64,000 nucleotides of DNA from a virus (lineage: Duplodnaviria > Caudoviricetes), in IMG/VR virus record IMGVR_UViG_3300010352_001202; one strand, 5' to 3'. The notes beneath the pieces were generated by a model, which was not told the origin of the DNA, did not search any database, and saw nothing but the letters and a program-made list of their open reading frames with translations. The position numbers and the translations under genes were made by a program. Positions 17,336 to 27,394 of the stretch are shown here, piece by piece (within the stretch, counting starts at the first letter, position 1; every line of letters begins with the position of its first letter).

Positions 17336-17427
17336 TTGTAGATAAACGGATCTCTTTTCTTATTTGCTTTTAGTTTCTTGCGAAGAATAAACCATGTCTT
17401 AATTTTAAACCAAAGATTGCTGAACAT
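17332..17427 (-). CDS. 31-aa basic peptide MFSNLWFKIKTWFILRKKLKANKKRDPFIYK (not in ORF track)
   Basis: Exactly fills the gap, coupled to both neighbours. Confidence 0.6.
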   Translation of the reverse strand: MFSNLWFKIKTWFILRKKLKANKKRDPFIYK

Positions 17428-18170
17428 TATAACTCCAATAAGTTTTCTTTATCTATATATTCTAGAAGGTGATCCGCCCAAGCAGCATGCCCTTCGGCAT
17501 TTACATGAAAACATTCTGTGGGTGGAAACCCTTTATCAAATGCCCACCTGCTAAACGACATACCTTCTGGGTAATGCTTTTTATTTATGTGGGAGTATAA
17601 TGTTTTTCTGCGATTCTTCAAATAATCATAGAATGCTACGGACTCTGTCATGGAGTCTGTCATAAGATATTTTATCTTGTTTTTCTCTAAGAACTGCTGC
17701 ATTGTTAGAACATGAACGATGTATCTGTCTACATTCTCCACGATACTATCGAAATATGTAACATATGTTTCCCAATAAGAATATAATTCTTTGTTGGTTT
17801 TAAATGGCGGAGAATTATTAATCAATTGGACATAGCTATTTGCCTTAGGAGAAAACACTTCAATTCTTGCCGAATGTGTGATACCTATCATAACAAATAT
17901 ATTTGATGGATCAACTCCCTCGTCTATTAGATTAGAGATATCCATAAGAACACGCCTTACAGAACGATTATTAGATGAGCCGGGCATAGCTGCATTTATA
18001 TAATTTTCTATTCCTAATCTTTTAGCAATTAGTCCTGAGTAGACAGTATTCTTAAGCTGGTCGTTAAACGGAGTAAGGCCTGTCTCTATTATCTGGCAGC
18101 CAGGTAATCCTTGCCCAAAGACAAAGGAATCTCCTACCGCATACAGGTGTGTGATATTAGACATTATCAT
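17427..18170 (-). CDS. SGNH/GDSL hydrolase-like protein
   Basis: GDSFVFG, N..PGSSN, HVNAEGH. Confidence 0.8.
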   Translation of the reverse strand: MIMSNITHLYAVGDSFVFGQGLPGCQIIETGLTPFNDQLKNTVYSGLIAKRLGIENYINAAMPGSSNNRSVRRVLMDISNLIDEGVDPSNIFVMIGITHSARIEVFSPKANSYVQLINNSPPFKTNKELYSYWETYVTYFDSIVENVDRYIVHVLTMQQFLEKNKIKYLMTDSMTESVAFYDYLKNRRKTLYSHINKKHYPEGMSFSRWAFDKGFPPTECFHVNAEGHAAWADHLLEYIDKENLLEL

Positions 18171-18942
18171 AGTACGACGAATGTATTTTCTGAATTTCAG
18201 AAAACTGTGTCATGCAATTTAAATTCATTGCCTCTTTGCGAAATATAGTATCACATGGATTGAATTTATCAACCCCAATCATCACATTAAATCGTCTAGC
18301 CATTAATGATATAAATGTGCCCGGATCATGAAACAATAATTGATCCTGCCTATGATTGTGCGGATTAAGATATTCTGCTTTGGTGCAGAAATAGGAATCC
18401 GCAATAATATCCATGCCCCATGAATCCCCATAGAAGAATGGATCGCTTGCGTTTATATAATTGTACCTATATCTCATTCTTCCCGCATGCGAAAAATACA
18501 AATGCCTTTCTAACATATCATGTGCAGGCACGAAATTACGATCGGGATCAAATACAACATCGTATCTTGATTTCACAACATAATCGTATTTGAAATTATT
18601 TTCTGTTTCGTATTCTAGTTTTAGCATATTGGCATATGCCATTGAATAGAATAAAGATCCCCAGGAAAGATATTCGTATTTCGGGAATATGGTACTGTAT
18701 GGACTAATAAAATATTTCTTTGGATTAAATCGAACCAATTGCGATTCGAGCCATGCGACATCTACAGGCTCATATTTTCCAAAGAAAACAGTTGTTTCTT
18801 CTTTTAATTTCCATGTATTATAGTCCCAAGCATGGCAGAAAAAGTCAACCTCGTACTCTGGGCTAGTAAAGAAATGTAGAATAGATTCAGCCGCATGCTG
18901 AATTGATCTAGGTTGGCCTGATAAACAAACTGCTATTTTCAT
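18157..18942 (-). CDS. Putative glycan-modifying enzyme (MKIAVCLSGQPR family)
   Basis: Start re-called at 18942; YDYVVKSRYD; paralog of 13377-14117. Confidence 0.6.
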   Translation of the reverse strand: MKIAVCLSGQPRSIQHAAESILHFFTSPEYEVDFFCHAWDYNTWKLKEETTVFFGKYEPVDVAWLESQLVRFNPKKYFISPYSTIFPKYEYLSWGSLFYSMAYANMLKLEYETENNFKYDYVVKSRYDVVFDPDRNFVPAHDMLERHLYFSHAGRMRYRYNYINASDPFFYGDSWGMDIIADSYFCTKAEYLNPHNHRQDQLLFHDPGTFISLMARRFNVMIGVDKFNPCDTIFRKEAMNLNCMTQFSEIQKIHSSYYDNV

Positions 18943-19405
18943 AATTAAAACATTCGTCCTTAAGGTAGAGTGACCTGATATGAAATATAAATCTTTCAAA
19001 CACAGTATCGACCGATGGATCATTTATATTTGTGAAATTGTCAATAAATTCACATGCGCGATTAAATTCAACAGTACCTGAATAAAACAAAGAAGGATTT
19101 GCAGCAACTACAAACTTTCCTCTGTTAAATGATCCATAAGCATAATGGATTGTATTATGTTTTACAGTAGATATATTTAGATCATTTATGTCTGCTCTGC
19201 GAGGATCAAACGCAATACACATATCAAATTCTTCGTTATTCTTAAGTTCAAAGAACCGTTTTTTTACAGATACATTTCTTAATGCAATGAACAGATTTGA
19301 GTTATAATCAGTAAACAATTCATAATCGTCTCCATTAGGCAATATATTATCCGGCGCCTTATAGGAAGGATCGTCGGTGTAAATGCATAATGCGGTTTTC
19401 TTCAT
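18908..19405 (-). CDS. Hypothetical protein
   Basis: Operonic ORF. Confidence 0.65.
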   Translation of the reverse strand: MKKTALCIYTDDPSYKAPDNILPNGDDYELFTDYNSNLFIALRNVSVKKRFFELKNNEEFDMCIAFDPRRADINDLNISTVKHNTIHYAYGSFNRGKFVVAANPSLFYSGTVEFNRACEFIDNFTNINDPSVDTVFERFIFHIRSLYLKDECFNYENSSLFIRPT

Positions 19406-20139
19406 TTAGGGTTATTTCCTCTTTCGTAAATAACTCCCATAAGATGTTCGGCCCATGCCTTGTGCCCTTCTTCAAGTGGATGAAGAAATTTTCCAATTGG
19501 CAACTTTTTTCGACCAACATATGAGTTGAAGGGTTCGTTTCTATAATAACGATCGGTATCTATCATGTATAGAACATTGGTATGGATCTTTTTATATTCG
19601 TTCCAAAAATCTTCATCGTGGTGCATGGAGTCGGACATCATATAGCTTATTCCCAGACTCTTTAGAAATTGCTGCATGCCCAATACCTGACTTAGGAACC
19701 TGGTGGTACTTTCATACGCACTGTTATAGTATGCTGTATAAAGCTTCCAAAATTCCCTCTGAGATTTATATGAAAACTTAGGATCGGGTTCAAAATTACT
19801 AATCAATGCTTCCCAGTGCTTATGTTCGTTATCATAAAACTCTCTTCGTGTCGAATGAGTTAAACTAATGAACACATATATTTCTTCTGGCTTATAATCG
19901 CCGAAATATGTAGGAAGATCAGTTGTAATCATTCTGAATGCTCTATCATTAGAACCGCCGGGTAATGATTTGTTTATTACATTTTCAATACCCCATGTCT
20001 TAGCAATAATACCTGTATACGAATTATCTCTCATATAATCAGTGCAGGTATAAAAATCCTTAGGTTCGACATCTGATCCTCCGAGCTCCTGCCCGAAAGA
20101 AAAAGAATCACCTGTTACATAAATTGCCTTAATTGTCAT
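19402..20139 (-). CDS. SGNH/GDSL hydrolase-like protein (paralog of 17427-18170)
   Basis: GDSFSFG, PGGSN, HPLEEGH. Confidence 0.8.
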   Translation of the reverse strand: MTIKAIYVTGDSFSFGQELGGSDVEPKDFYTCTDYMRDNSYTGIIAKTWGIENVINKSLPGGSNDRAFRMITTDLPTYFGDYKPEEIYVFISLTHSTRREFYDNEHKHWEALISNFEPDPKFSYKSQREFWKLYTAYYNSAYESTTRFLSQVLGMQQFLKSLGISYMMSDSMHHDEDFWNEYKKIHTNVLYMIDTDRYYRNEPFNSYVGRKKLPIGKFLHPLEEGHKAWAEHLMGVIYERGNNPK

Positions 20140-21538
20140 TCGCTGCGTTCCTACATAATGTCCAGAAATCTTCCATCTCCGGGAAAGTTTCTAAAAAGTT
20201 TGTTTCTCTTCTAAAGTCGTGCTCGTCGAAAAACTTATAGAAGTCTGCACGATCTCTCTTAATTCTTTCGGGAGACAATTCGTCGCCCTGCTTCATCCAT
20301 GACAATAATCTTTCTAGCTTTGCTACCTGAAAATCTTGAATGCTTGAAAAGTCTGTCGATACCCGGGCCTTGAAATATTCAATATCTGCCTCTAAGATAT
20401 CTCTGTATCTTTCCGGCAGAATTTGGATAGTTTGCCAATTAGGAAAGCGTAGCATTGGTAAATCAAAGGAAATATGGTAACGATCATTATTGTGTTTCTT
20501 TCCCATCTTTAGAATAAAATCTTCAATTAATTGGCGGAGAGAAGTGATACTCAATGCGTTCACCGTAACAATGAATGTAACTGTGCTCTTCTGGCTAAAC
20601 TTCTCTAAATACTTATCGACATTATCCATTAGGTATTCAAAGTCCATACCGTTGCGAATGTATTCAGCCTTCTTACCATACGCATCGCACGAAATATAAA
20701 GTGCGATATGTCCAAGTGATTGATTGTCGACAATAGTCTGAATCTTCTCGTTAAACTTATTCATCATCCGTGGATCTGGGCAGAAATTGGTTGTCAGAGC
20801 AAGATTCAAATCGCCTTTAGGATTTTCGATAATGTAATCAAGAACACGATATGTATTCTTGTCCATTAGAGGTTCGCCACCTGTCATACGGAAGTGTTTG
20901 ATTTGTGGATACCAGTCCGGCCATAATTTCCAAAAGGTATCTACATAAGGATTTTCTTCACGAACAGGGATAGGCATCATACCTACCTGCTTGAAATAGT
21001 CGACAGAGTTGTGCGGGACTGTAGTTGGATAAGGTCCGTATTCTTCGATTTCTTTTTGCCATGAATTGGACAAATGCGGCGAGCAATATGAACATTTAAA
21101 GTTGCATACACTACTGAAGTTTACCTCAACATACGACGGCATAACATTAAAGTTTGCCGGATCTGGATTGGTTTTAATTTCTTCGTAGCTTGCATCATCC
21201 ATAATATCGGCTGAACGATAATATCTGTCAGATAGATGTCCGCCCGGCGAGTCTTCGATATTCCAACAATAAGAACAGCCCGCAGGTCTTTCGCCCGCAA
21301 TCATCTTTGCACGCTCTGCTTTCTTCTCTTTTGTATTATGGAGTGCTGTAGGATTTTCTGCTAGTTCTTCTAACGGAATCTTGTGTTCCGGTGGATGATA
21401 GCAACTATGAGTAAACCCAGAGGTTAAATTCATAGATACATTTTTCCATTTTGCTAAACAGAAGGTGGGCGAAATTTCTGCATTTCTTTCACCTGCTTTT
21501 AAAACACGAATTGTATATAGCGACTTATCGTTACTCAT
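20129..21538 (-). CDS. Radical SAM protein with N-terminal twitch/SPASM-like Cys cluster
   Basis: CNFKCSYC, GGEPL; N-terminal C..W..SCYH..CSYCW. Confidence 0.9.
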   Translation of the reverse strand: MSNDKSLYTIRVLKAGERNAEISPTFCLAKWKNVSMNLTSGFTHSCYHPPEHKIPLEELAENPTALHNTKEKKAERAKMIAGERPAGCSYCWNIEDSPGGHLSDRYYRSADIMDDASYEEIKTNPDPANFNVMPSYVEVNFSSVCNFKCSYCSPHLSNSWQKEIEEYGPYPTTVPHNSVDYFKQVGMMPIPVREENPYVDTFWKLWPDWYPQIKHFRMTGGEPLMDKNTYRVLDYIIENPKGDLNLALTTNFCPDPRMMNKFNEKIQTIVDNQSLGHIALYISCDAYGKKAEYIRNGMDFEYLMDNVDKYLEKFSQKSTVTFIVTVNALSITSLRQLIEDFILKMGKKHNNDRYHISFDLPMLRFPNWQTIQILPERYRDILEADIEYFKARVSTDFSSIQDFQVAKLERLLSWMKQGDELSPERIKRDRADFYKFFDEHDFRRETNFLETFPEMEDFWTLCRNAANDN

Positions 21539-22131
21539 GTTATTCCTATGACCATGTACCTAGTATACATCGGCATTTCTAATTTGCCCGAATAGAGAAC
21601 TTCGGGCAAGTCGACTTGTTTGACAAATTCTTCAGCGGAGTCTACACAGTTTATGTGTCCGTTTCCCTTGGTATAATTATTAGACTGTAGTATAACAGTT
21701 CGTCCCATAGGAATGCACGAAATCCATTCCCTTACATCAGGAATGTGTTCACAACTTGTATTGATAATAATATCTTCTGTGTAATGATGTTTATACATGT
21801 CTTCGGTAATGGCCTGCATTGCAGGGTTATCATAAATCATATTATGGATAAACTTTTCACATCTAGGATCAATGTCTAGCATTGTAACCCTTACTGCGGG
21901 AAATTTCCATTTCAACATCATACCCAGAGTTCCAAACCATGCCCCGGCGATTGCAATTTTCATATTCTTAAGTTCGGGATCTATCTTAGCTACTTCTGTT
22001 AAGATCCATTCCTTACTGCGAATTTGACCTGAACTGAACATGTCTCTAAATTCATCGTACCTTGGCGCAAGTTCTGCCGGAGTGGAGTATAGCGCATTTG
22101 TATAGGTAATAATGAATTTTGAATCAATCAC
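21535..22131 (-). CDS. Class I SAM-dependent methyltransferase-like protein
   Basis: IAGAWFG, LDID, INTSCEH. Confidence 0.7.
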   Translation of the reverse strand: MIDSKFIITYTNALYSTPAELAPRYDEFRDMFSSGQIRSKEWILTEVAKIDPELKNMKIAIAGAWFGTLGMMLKWKFPAVRVTMLDIDPRCEKFIHNMIYDNPAMQAITEDMYKHHYTEDIIINTSCEHIPDVREWISCIPMGRTVILQSNNYTKGNGHINCVDSAEEFVKQVDLPEVLYSGKLEMPMYTRYMVIGIT

Positions 22132-23138
22132 TTATTAAGTTTCCTTAGTTGGTTAAGTTCTTCTTCCGTAAACATCTTGTTCATGCGCGGAACATTCACA
22201 TATGCAGCCTTATAGAACTTGCTTTGATTTTCATCGAGTTCAGCAATCTCAAGGCCAAACCCCTTACGGAGTTTTTCTCCCAGAACAAGAATTTCGTGAT
22301 TGAGTAAATCCTTGTCCCATGTGTAATTTGTCTTGTAACACTTTTCTGTGTTACGATCTATTTCATGAAAGTCTCCTACTTCAAACATAGGTTTAACTTG
22401 TTTTTCGAATAAGTCGTTGAGGTACTCAAAGTCGCGAACATTGATGTAGTCCCAATCGGTTAGATTGGTCATGTAGCAGCCTAAGCGGGCGCCGTACATT
22501 GCCCAGAGACCGTTTTCAACATCGGCACCCACTGAACACCAAGTAATAAGGCGCTTATAGTTTCCCCACCAAATAACTTTCTTAAAGTTGTCTACATCGG
22601 GTTTGCCACCCTGAACTAGAGACATCTTTACACCTTCGCGAAAACCTGCACGAAACGCTTGGCGCGGGCTTCCATTGGGATAAGTTACGCTGTATTGGTT
22701 AGTCATCTGAACATAGGAGTCTTCCCAGCAGAAATCTACTTGATTTCGCTGGTCGTCTGTGTCGGCATGCTCATGTGTTCGCATATCTAACACATACTGT
22801 TTTGGCCAGCATTTTAGCCCGCCATTGCCATATTCGAGTCCGTTGATGTAATTCTGCGCAGCCCAGCTTACTGCTTTGCCCTGCAATTTAGGATTGTCAA
22901 AGTCAAGTTCGAGATCAAAGAAAGAAGGATCAACGATGTTGTCGGCGTCAATAGAAATAAACCTATCGGTGGTCGATAGGTTTGCAGCGGCCTTGTGTGC
23001 AGCATCGGAGCCCTTGACTCCGTGTACCCGCTGTGCCCAGGGCACCTTACTTTGCAGGTCTGCCCAATTCTCTTCGCAATTATCCTCATCGAAACTAATA
23101 AAGACAACATCAAATTCGTGCATTGACTTAAAAGACAT
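22128..23138 (-). CDS. GT-A fold glycosyltransferase-like protein
   Basis: DxD motif IDADN; cluster context. Confidence 0.65.
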   Translation of the reverse strand: MSFKSMHEFDVVFISFDEDNCEENWADLQSKVPWAQRVHGVKGSDAAHKAAANLSTTDRFISIDADNIVDPSFFDLELDFDNPKLQGKAVSWAAQNYINGLEYGNGGLKCWPKQYVLDMRTHEHADTDDQRNQVDFCWEDSYVQMTNQYSVTYPNGSPRQAFRAGFREGVKMSLVQGGKPDVDNFKKVIWWGNYKRLITWCSVGADVENGLWAMYGARLGCYMTNLTDWDYINVRDFEYLNDLFEKQVKPMFEVGDFHEIDRNTEKCYKTNYTWDKDLLNHEILVLGEKLRKGFGLEIAELDENQSKFYKAAYVNVPRMNKMFTEEELNQLRKLNK

Positions 23139-23754
23139 TCTTGACTCCTCTTACTCTATATCCGTAACTACTCAATATTTTTCTAGTATACACGCTAGAA
23201 TAAGAGAAGTCAATGTATGTCGGGAACGGAAAATAAACACGAGCCTCATCAAACAATGCCTTAGGTACAAAAGGTAGTGTGAATAGCAGGGTGTACGGAT
23301 CATTTCGACGAGTAAAATACAGCATAGAAATGCCATGATTCATAAACGCTTCTACATCCTCCTGCTCCTCGTCGATACCATTCTTTAGCAGTTCTTTATA
23401 TGCCGGGTCGAGCGAAAGTGCAATACTATGCGCTTCTTGATCGGCTACAATTTTTAGGATAGGAATTTCGTTTGTGTCTTCACTGACCTTTGTTAGATAG
23501 TTGTCAAGTGTTCTAGTAACATTGATATGTGTTTCTTTCTTGATAATCCTGAAAGATTCACCACCAATTCTTTTGACTTTCTTGATGGTAAAATCAAAGG
23601 GATTTTTCTGTCCCAATAAGAAAGGTTCTACATCGCTTAACGGAAACATAGCTGTGTTGAATTCGTTTGCCAATCCTTGATCAGCAGTAGGAGTGACGGC
23701 CTTAATGTCGCCATTCTTATCGTAATAGAGATACATTAAAATCAATGCTGCCAT
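23128..23754 (-). CDS. Hypothetical protein
   Basis: Operonic ORF. Confidence 0.7.
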   Translation of the reverse strand: MAALILMYLYYDKNGDIKAVTPTADQGLANEFNTAMFPLSDVEPFLLGQKNPFDFTIKKVKRIGGESFRIIKKETHINVTRTLDNYLTKVSEDTNEIPILKIVADQEAHSIALSLDPAYKELLKNGIDEEQEDVEAFMNHGISMLYFTRRNDPYTLLFTLPFVPKALFDEARVYFPFPTYIDFSYSSVYTRKILSSYGYRVRGVKNVF

Positions 23755-23755
23755 A

Positions 23756-24607
23756 TTATACTCCTACTCGCTTCTCTAACAATGCTATCATTTCATCGGT
23801 CAACCAATGCTTTACATTGTAGTGAAATGGTAATGTTTGTTGATAGCTACCAATCTTAAATCTTCCGTCTTCCGAAAAATAAGTTGGAATGTTTTTTGTC
23901 CAGTCTTCTGAAATTAATTCTTCCCTGATTCCTTGCAGATGTGATTTCATATGAACAAATGTTGGCAAATCAGATATGTTACCAAAACATTCATTTTCGA
24001 TACCAAGAATTTTAATTGCTAGTGCATATGCAACATCGCCCGAAAGATGCTTGGGCCTGTTCTCGTCAAGGTAGTTATAAAAGAATCTTTCCCAATTATT
24101 GAAAATATATTCTACAAGCTTAAATAATTCAACGGCTAAATCGGACTTCTTGAAGTACATGAATGCAGTATAAACATTAGGTAAATTGTTAGAAGCAAAT
24201 GCAGGCCTATACTTAGTTGAGGTGATTACATCGCCCTTATATGTTCGTGGCTTATCTGTAATCCAAATATCTTTCTTGGAAAGAACATCCCACCAATGAC
24301 TTATATCTTCCGGAAACATCATATCAGCATCAAGGATAACTGTTTCGTCAAATGGGGACATATAGTAATATTTCCATTTGTTTTCAATTTTCCACTTCGA
24401 TAGGGCAGCATGATCAATCCACGGAATAGGTGCAACATGATCGAATACTTCGTAATAGTTTCCCGGCATAGTGTCAGTATCTGTCGCTAAACAAACGCTG
24501 GTTACCTTGCTCTGACTGTTCTTTATACTGAGTGCCAGTCCGTAGGCAAGCCTGTTATAATCATCTCTCTTTGTATTCTGAGATAGAATTAGATAACCTC
24601 TGGTCAC
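23756..24607 (-). CDS. GT-A (GT8-like) glycosyltransferase
   Basis: SPFDETVILDADM. Confidence 0.7.
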   Translation of the reverse strand: MTRGYLILSQNTKRDDYNRLAYGLALSIKNSQSKVTSVCLATDTDTMPGNYYEVFDHVAPIPWIDHAALSKWKIENKWKYYYMSPFDETVILDADMMFPEDISHWWDVLSKKDIWITDKPRTYKGDVITSTKYRPAFASNNLPNVYTAFMYFKKSDLAVELFKLVEYIFNNWERFFYNYLDENRPKHLSGDVAYALAIKILGIENECFGNISDLPTFVHMKSHLQGIREELISEDWTKNIPTYFSEDGRFKIGSYQQTLPFHYNVKHWLTDEMIALLEKRVGV

Positions 24608-25500
24608 AGTGTTTCCTTTTTGTACAATTCAATTAATCGGTCAGCATACCTATTAATTGCCCACTTGTTCATAACATGAACATCAATATTTTTAATTCGA
24701 GATAGAATATACTTTCCCTTTTCTGTCTTCTTTTCGGAATACAACACAATATCATTTACCGCAGGAATACTGTGAATATCGTCTGTATCCCACGACATTA
24801 ATAATCCGGGAATGGGTAGGTTGCCAACAACCGAATCAGTCGTTCCTGTAAATCCATTTAGTGTATGAATTGCTACGCTAAATGCATTGTCGTTTCTAAA
24901 CATTCCATTTGAGAACACATAAAGTTCTTTATAGTATTGATAGTTCTCTTGAATATGCCTGACTGTAGAGAATAGAAATTTTGCAAAATCTGTCTTCTTA
25001 AAATAGATTACAGTTGCCCAGTATAGCTTGATTCCAAAGTCATCAACAAACTTTGTATATGGTTTCTTATCTTCACCCGGTGTATAGATTCTACTATCTA
25101 TCATAACTTCGTTTTCGCTACCCCAACAATTGTTAAGGGCAGAACTCATTATAAGATAATCGCAATCAATAAACAATGTTTCGTCAAACGGTGATAGTTC
25201 GTATGCTTCCCAGTGATTGCAATTATAGAATTGCAACGACTTTGTAGAAAATGATGTGTCGCTAAAATTTCTAGAATTGCTAAACAGGTAGTCTCGACTC
25301 ACATTAATAATATGATCAAAACAAGAATTAATAAAATCTTCGCCTAATGCCTTTTTACCCCAACTGAGGGTTCCTTCATCGGTAACCAGTGCAACAGGGA
25401 CGCCAAGATTCTTTTGAACAAGGAGGGCATTAGCGCATGCAATTTTCAAGTAATCAATTTCGCTGTTGTTATGAGCATACATTAATACGCCGCGACTCAT
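24604..25500 (-). CDS. GT-A (GT8-like) glycosyltransferase, paralog of the previous gene
   Basis: SPFDETLFIDCDY. Confidence 0.7.
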   Translation of the reverse strand: MSRGVLMYAHNNSEIDYLKIACANALLVQKNLGVPVALVTDEGTLSWGKKALGEDFINSCFDHIINVSRDYLFSNSRNFSDTSFSTKSLQFYNCNHWEAYELSPFDETLFIDCDYLIMSSALNNCWGSENEVMIDSRIYTPGEDKKPYTKFVDDFGIKLYWATVIYFKKTDFAKFLFSTVRHIQENYQYYKELYVFSNGMFRNDNAFSVAIHTLNGFTGTTDSVVGNLPIPGLLMSWDTDDIHSIPAVNDIVLYSEKKTEKGKYILSRIKNIDVHVMNKWAINRYADRLIELYKKETL

Positions 25501-25856
25501 TATTCTTCCTTAATGTCTAGGATAGATTTTACATTTCTTGCTTTTCTGATTTCCTGGAATTCTTTCAGGTAGTCACTTGTAACTTCGTGATACCTTCTTG
25601 TAATTTCCTTAAGAAATGCGTCAACATCCGAAATTAGCACAGGTACATTGTTATCATCTAACAATGTTGCAGATGTGGTTTCGTTCTTGTTCAGGTAATC
25701 CAAGAAACAGATTAGTTCACGATTAATAGTAAAGCTTCCGCCGTTTTTAGCGAACAGGAGCATACCTTCTGTGCGAATCTTTAATTTCTGTAGTTGGTTG
25801 TTTAGGGTCTGCCTGTAGTTAGCAAAGGCAAGGGCTTGTTCTAGTCGTTCTTCCAT
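25500..25856 (-). CDS. Hypothetical protein, first gene of the glycosylation operon
   Basis: GGAGG RBS; late motif upstream. Confidence 0.75.
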   Translation of the reverse strand: MEERLEQALAFANYRQTLNNQLQKLKIRTEGMLLFAKNGGSFTINRELICFLDYLNKNETTSATLLDDNNVPVLISDVDAFLKEITRRYHEVTSDYLKEFQEIRKARNVKSILDIKEE

Positions 25857-25857
25857 G

Positions 25858-25904
25858 AAAAACCTCCGTTACGCTATTTATCAGTAGCTTTAACGGAGGT
25901 TTTT
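25858..25904 (-). promoter_or_regulatory. 14-bp inverted repeat enclosing late promoter TGATAAATA (25875-25883) and pairing the RBS
   Basis: AAAAACCTCCGTTA / TAACGGAGGTTTTT. Confidence 0.75.
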
Positions 25905-25919
25905 TGTTTTGAGCGGAAC

Positions 25920-26864
25920 TTAGACTGCTGTAAATCCCGAGTTAGCACCGACAGACGAAACAACCACTGCAGGACCCGGATATGTGACAAGGCCCGAGGA
26001 TTTCTTGTTGTCGATGTGATATACTGTTGTAGTAGTTTTCGAGTTTGGAGAAGCATCAGCATCTACAAGTTTTACTCTAAAGTCAACAAGACCATTTGTT
26101 CCTGCTGCTGCAGAAAGTTTGCCTTCAAGTTGCACATAGCTTGCTGTGTAGTATCCACCGCCACCGTATGCTTGTTGATATAGTGTTTGGTAAGATGTTG
26201 TTAGATTGTAGAATCCCAAACTTGTTCCGCCGGCACCAGTATTTGGTGTTGTAGATGCATAGTTGAACACCAATGGACTCATTGCTGTAAGCATTGCTGC
26301 CCACTGGGTATCTTCTGGAGTAACAATAGGAGAATACGAACCGTTTAGGTTTAAGCTTCCTCCCGAGTTGAAGAAATATCTTGCATTATTCCAGCTACCA
26401 AAATCTACCTGATAAGTGAAAGTTAACGAAGTTGTCCAGGGTTTGGCACCTGCCGGTTGAGTAAAATTCGAACCTGTAACAATAGTAGATTGCCCTGCTG
26501 CAAGGTTAAATCTATTCGTTTGCAAGAGTGCTGCAAGTGCGGTAAGAGTCGAAGGAGTGTTGTATGCTGCAATTATATCGCCGATAATCGGATCTGATAC
26601 AGGTAGTGGTGGAACAACAGTTGTGCCTTGGTGTGTCCCAACGGTTCTCATCGTATCGAAAAGATTTGCCCATTCACTTGCCGCAACAGCATCACCTGCT
26701 GCTACTGAAACAAGAGCAGGTAACTGACCATACCCAAATCCTGCGTTAGGTAAAGTAGTTGCACCCGAGTGCATATCGGCGAACACCTCATTCATACCAC
26801 CTGTTAGGGTAGCAAAGGTATTATAATCTAGTGCCTGAATTGGTCCGCCGGTAACATAAGTCAT
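25920..26864 (-). CDS. Virion structural protein (tail fibre/baseplate-associated)
   Basis: T/G/S-rich; ARYFFNSGG motif; structural module context. Confidence 0.65.
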   Translation of the reverse strand: MTYVTGGPIQALDYNTFATLTGGMNEVFADMHSGATTLPNAGFGYGQLPALVSVAAGDAVAASEWANLFDTMRTVGTHQGTTVVPPLPVSDPIIGDIIAAYNTPSTLTALAALLQTNRFNLAAGQSTIVTGSNFTQPAGAKPWTTSLTFTYQVDFGSWNNARYFFNSGGSLNLNGSYSPIVTPEDTQWAAMLTAMSPLVFNYASTTPNTGAGGTSLGFYNLTTSYQTLYQQAYGGGGYYTASYVQLEGKLSAAAGTNGLVDFRVKLVDADASPNSKTTTTVYHIDNKKSSGLVTYPGPAVVVSSVGANSGFTAV

Positions 26865-26884
26865 GTTTTAATCTCCCAAACTAA

Positions 26885-27361
26885 TTAAGAATAAATTGCT
26901 GGGAAGATTTGACGCCATGCACCTGCTGCGTAGATTGAAATCACAGAGCCTACAATTCTAATATCACCGTCCTTCGGAGTACCGACTGGATTGATAACTG
27001 GCGTGCCGCCTGTTTCATTTGAATTTACAGTGACTACCTTCTGCCAGTTGGCAAGGTTTCCTGATGTTGCGCCGCTGTTTCTTACATAAAGAACACCATC
27101 AGATGCTGAGGTCTTGTTGAACCACAATTGCCCCTGTAGTGCTGTAGTATCGCTAGGAAGAACAGTACCGCAGAAATTTTCAGTCAACTGTAAGAATGTT
27201 TGTGCTACGGGAGCGCCGTAATCAATTGCGTTTCGACCGATTAATTGTGTACCGATACCTTTACCGGCACCGTTAGCAGTAGGATTATAGAACTGCGTGT
27301 CGATGGCGTTGTCTGGTACTGTTACAGCAGTTCCGTCAGCCTTGTAAATGTTGTATGCCAT
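26885..27361 (-). CDS. Virion structural protein (short tail-fibre-like)
   Basis: LIGRN..YG..FLQLTENF..GQLWF motif typical of jumbo-phage fibre N-termini. Confidence 0.65.
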   Translation of the reverse strand: MAYNIYKADGTAVTVPDNAIDTQFYNPTANGAGKGIGTQLIGRNAIDYGAPVAQTFLQLTENFCGTVLPSDTTALQGQLWFNKTSASDGVLYVRNSGATSGNLANWQKVVTVNSNETGGTPVINPVGTPKDGDIRIVGSVISIYAAGAWRQIFPAIYS

Positions 27362-27385
27362 ATACTTAAAATTCCTTAGTTTTGT

Positions 27386-27394
27386 TATTTATCA
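27386..27394 (-). promoter_or_regulatory. Late promoter candidate TGATAAATA
   Basis: Recurring 9-mer upstream of a structural gene. Confidence 0.6.
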
